DNA of 64,000 nt from Thermovirgaceae bacterium (GTDB lineage: Bacteria; Synergistota; Synergistia; Synergistales; Thermovirgaceae). The stretch lies in contig JAXGNU010000006.1 of the NCBI GenBank assembly GCA_040767805.1, forward strand, positions 61,621 through 125,620, read 5' to 3'. The translations under genes were made by a program, and so were the position numbers. Of the stretch, positions 62,304-64,000 are shown piece by piece. Positions within the stretch are counted from its first letter, which is position 1. Every line of letters begins with the position of its first letter. Under the pieces are notes generated by a model that saw only the letters and a list, made by a program, of their open reading frames with translations, made no database searches and was not told where the DNA came from.

Positions 62304-62539
62304 TCCTCCTTGTACCCAGCCCTGTCGCCGGGTGCGGCAAAGACGCCGCCAGGAATATTTTACATCGAACCGAAAGAGAAGCAGGGAAGCTCAAAAAGGG
62401 AAACCCCTTTTCCCCCAAGGGGGGTGAAGAGCCGGACCGGGCGCCATTCCATTTTCGCGCCGGTAAGGGTAATAATAAGGACACGGCCAGCGCCACGGAC
62501 GCCCCTGGCAAGGCCGGCGAGAAAGGAGAGCGTAACGCC

Positions 62540-63211
62540 ATGATAACCGCGTCGGCGGCTTTTGGAACGAGTTACCCGGGGACCTTTTTCGGGTTTATGG
62601 TCATCGATGGCATCCTGAACGACCCGGGAAACCCGGCCTTCGAAGAGAGAAAAGCGGCGATGGAGGAGGAACTTCGCCGCCGGCACCGGGGAAAGACCCG
62701 GAAGGACATCTCTCGGGAGGACCCCTTCGAGGCCTACGAGAGGTACTTCCGGAAGTTCGGCCAGGGCTACCCGGTGCTCCACCAGGTGGAGACGGTAGCC
62801 CTCAAGGGGAAATCCCTCTCGTCGCCGTCACCCCTCGTAGCCGCCGCCTTCATGGCGGAACTGGGGAACGGCCTTCTCACGGCCGGGCATGACCTGGACA
62901 AGGTGTCCCTCCCCCTTCTCCTGGATGTCTCCAGGGGCGGGGAAACCTACCGGGCCATGGGCGGGAGACCCCGGAGCCTACCGAAGGGCGATATGTTCCT
63001 ATTGGACCGAGAGGGCGTCCTCTCGAGCATCATCTACGGGCCCGATGACAGGAGCTACATCACCCCGGGAACGACCCGCGCCCTCTTTTCGGTCTACGGG
63101 GTACCTTCCATCCCCGCCGGGCGGATAAGGGCGCACCTGGAGGAGATCGGGGAACTCGTCTCCCTGCTTAGCCCGGGGGCCCTTCGGAAAGAACCGGTCA
63201 TCCTGGGCTAG
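62540..63211 (+). CDS. Stand-alone B3/B4 (PheRS editing-like) domain protein
   Basis: AY..YFRKF, SPLV, AGHDLD, IIYGPD. Confidence 0.75.
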   Translation: MITASAAFGTSYPGTFFGFMVIDGILNDPGNPAFEERKAAMEEELRRRHRGKTRKDISREDPFEAYERYFRKFGQGYPVLHQVETVALKGKSLSSPSPLVAAAFMAELGNGLLTAGHDLDKVSLPLLLDVSRGGETYRAMGGRPRSLPKGDMFLLDREGVLSSIIYGPDDRSYITPGTTRALFSVYGVPSIPAGRIRAHLEEIGELVSLLSPGALRKEPVILG

Positions 63212-63226
63212 GGGCGGCCCGCCCCC

Positions 63227-63931
63227 TCATTCCGGCAGGTCGACCCGCCCGTGGTCGGCGTCGAGCCAAAAAGTCGCGGTCCTAGCCCCCAGGTTTTCCC
63301 GGACCGCTCCGTCGATGAAGCCGAGGGCCTCCCGCAGTTCCTCATCCCTTTCGGGGGCGAGGCTTTCCATGCAAAGCAGCGCCCGCCTCGTGCCGCGGGT
63401 GAGCTTCGTCCTGTCGGCCTCGCGCCAGTTCCAGCACCGGCAGATGGCCCCCGCGTCGTCCATGTAGGCGAGCTCACCCTCCCGGGGAGGATCCTCCTCC
63501 TCGGCGCCGAGGGGCAAAAAGGGCTCGCCGCCCCGGGCCGCCGCCAGGCGGATGTCGCCCACGACCGCGTCGAGGTCCTCCGCGCCGCAGGGGAAGAGGA
63601 ACTTGAGGGACGTCACGTTGTAAAGGTCCACTAGGGGATTTATCGACGGGGGGCAACTGTCCTTCACGGCCCTCTTCGCGAGCCCCTCAACGGAAGAGCG
63701 ATAACCCTTCGGGGCGCCGAAGGCCCGGTAAGCCTCCCGCCAGGGGATGAAATAGGGGCTCTTGGCGAAGGGCACTTCTCCGAGCCGCGCGGCCGCCTCC
63801 CGGCAGGCCCGCTCCAGCATCCCCGTCCCGTCCCAGGGGACGGCGTTGTCCATATCCTCGATGACCAGGCCGCAGACCCGGGCCTGGGGGAAAAGGATGA
63901 AGATTTTCTTGTCTATCACGAACTCCCGCAT
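63227..63931 (-). CDS. Stand-alone B3/B4 domain protein
   Basis: WREAYRAFG, SSVE.L, INPLVDLYN, CRCWNWRE. Confidence 0.88.
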   Translation of the reverse strand: MREFVIDKKIFILFPQARVCGLVIEDMDNAVPWDGTGMLERACREAAARLGEVPFAKSPYFIPWREAYRAFGAPKGYRSSVEGLAKRAVKDSCPPSINPLVDLYNVTSLKFLFPCGAEDLDAVVGDIRLAAARGGEPFLPLGAEEEDPPREGELAYMDDAGAICRCWNWREADRTKLTRGTRRALLCMESLAPERDEELREALGFIDGAVRENLGARTATFWLDADHGRVDLPE

Positions 63932-64000
63932 TGCCTCGTTCTCCCTCCCGCGGGTCGATGATCGCCCATCATGCAGGGGCGCCGGCCCTCTTCATACCGT

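Overview
GC-rich bacterial window. Gene content suggests an anaerobic amino-acid fermenter, probably Synergistota (inference). It holds a LivKHMGF-type ABC operon, a heat-shock region (hsp20, htpG, dnaK-dnaJ/cbpA-clpB), a TRAP/racemase/ortAB operon, an encapsulin with ferritin-like cargo, duplicated ptb/buk genes, several D-amino-acid enzymes and two complete IS elements. Three signals are absent from the ORF track. (1) Three paralogous leader cassettes (42.15, 43.77, 47.67 kb) each carry a promoter, a 28-codon leader peptide, an antiterminator and a terminator. They share one RNA scaffold but swap the sensor codons (Tyr/Phe vs Ile/Leu), and sit upstream of transporter and D-amino-acid salvage modules. 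(2) An IS110 element (9997-11306) has a bridge RNA whose target and donor guides can be read directly; it is programmed against a heptamer repeat. (3) A signal-peptide-bearing selenoprotein (15390-15752) has an in-frame UGA and a SECIS-like hairpin. Also noted: a ProRS paralog lacking synthetase motifs, an unannotated 54-aa gene, a possible AUC start and CtsR/BirA-like operators. All product calls come from motif recognition; no database searches were run.
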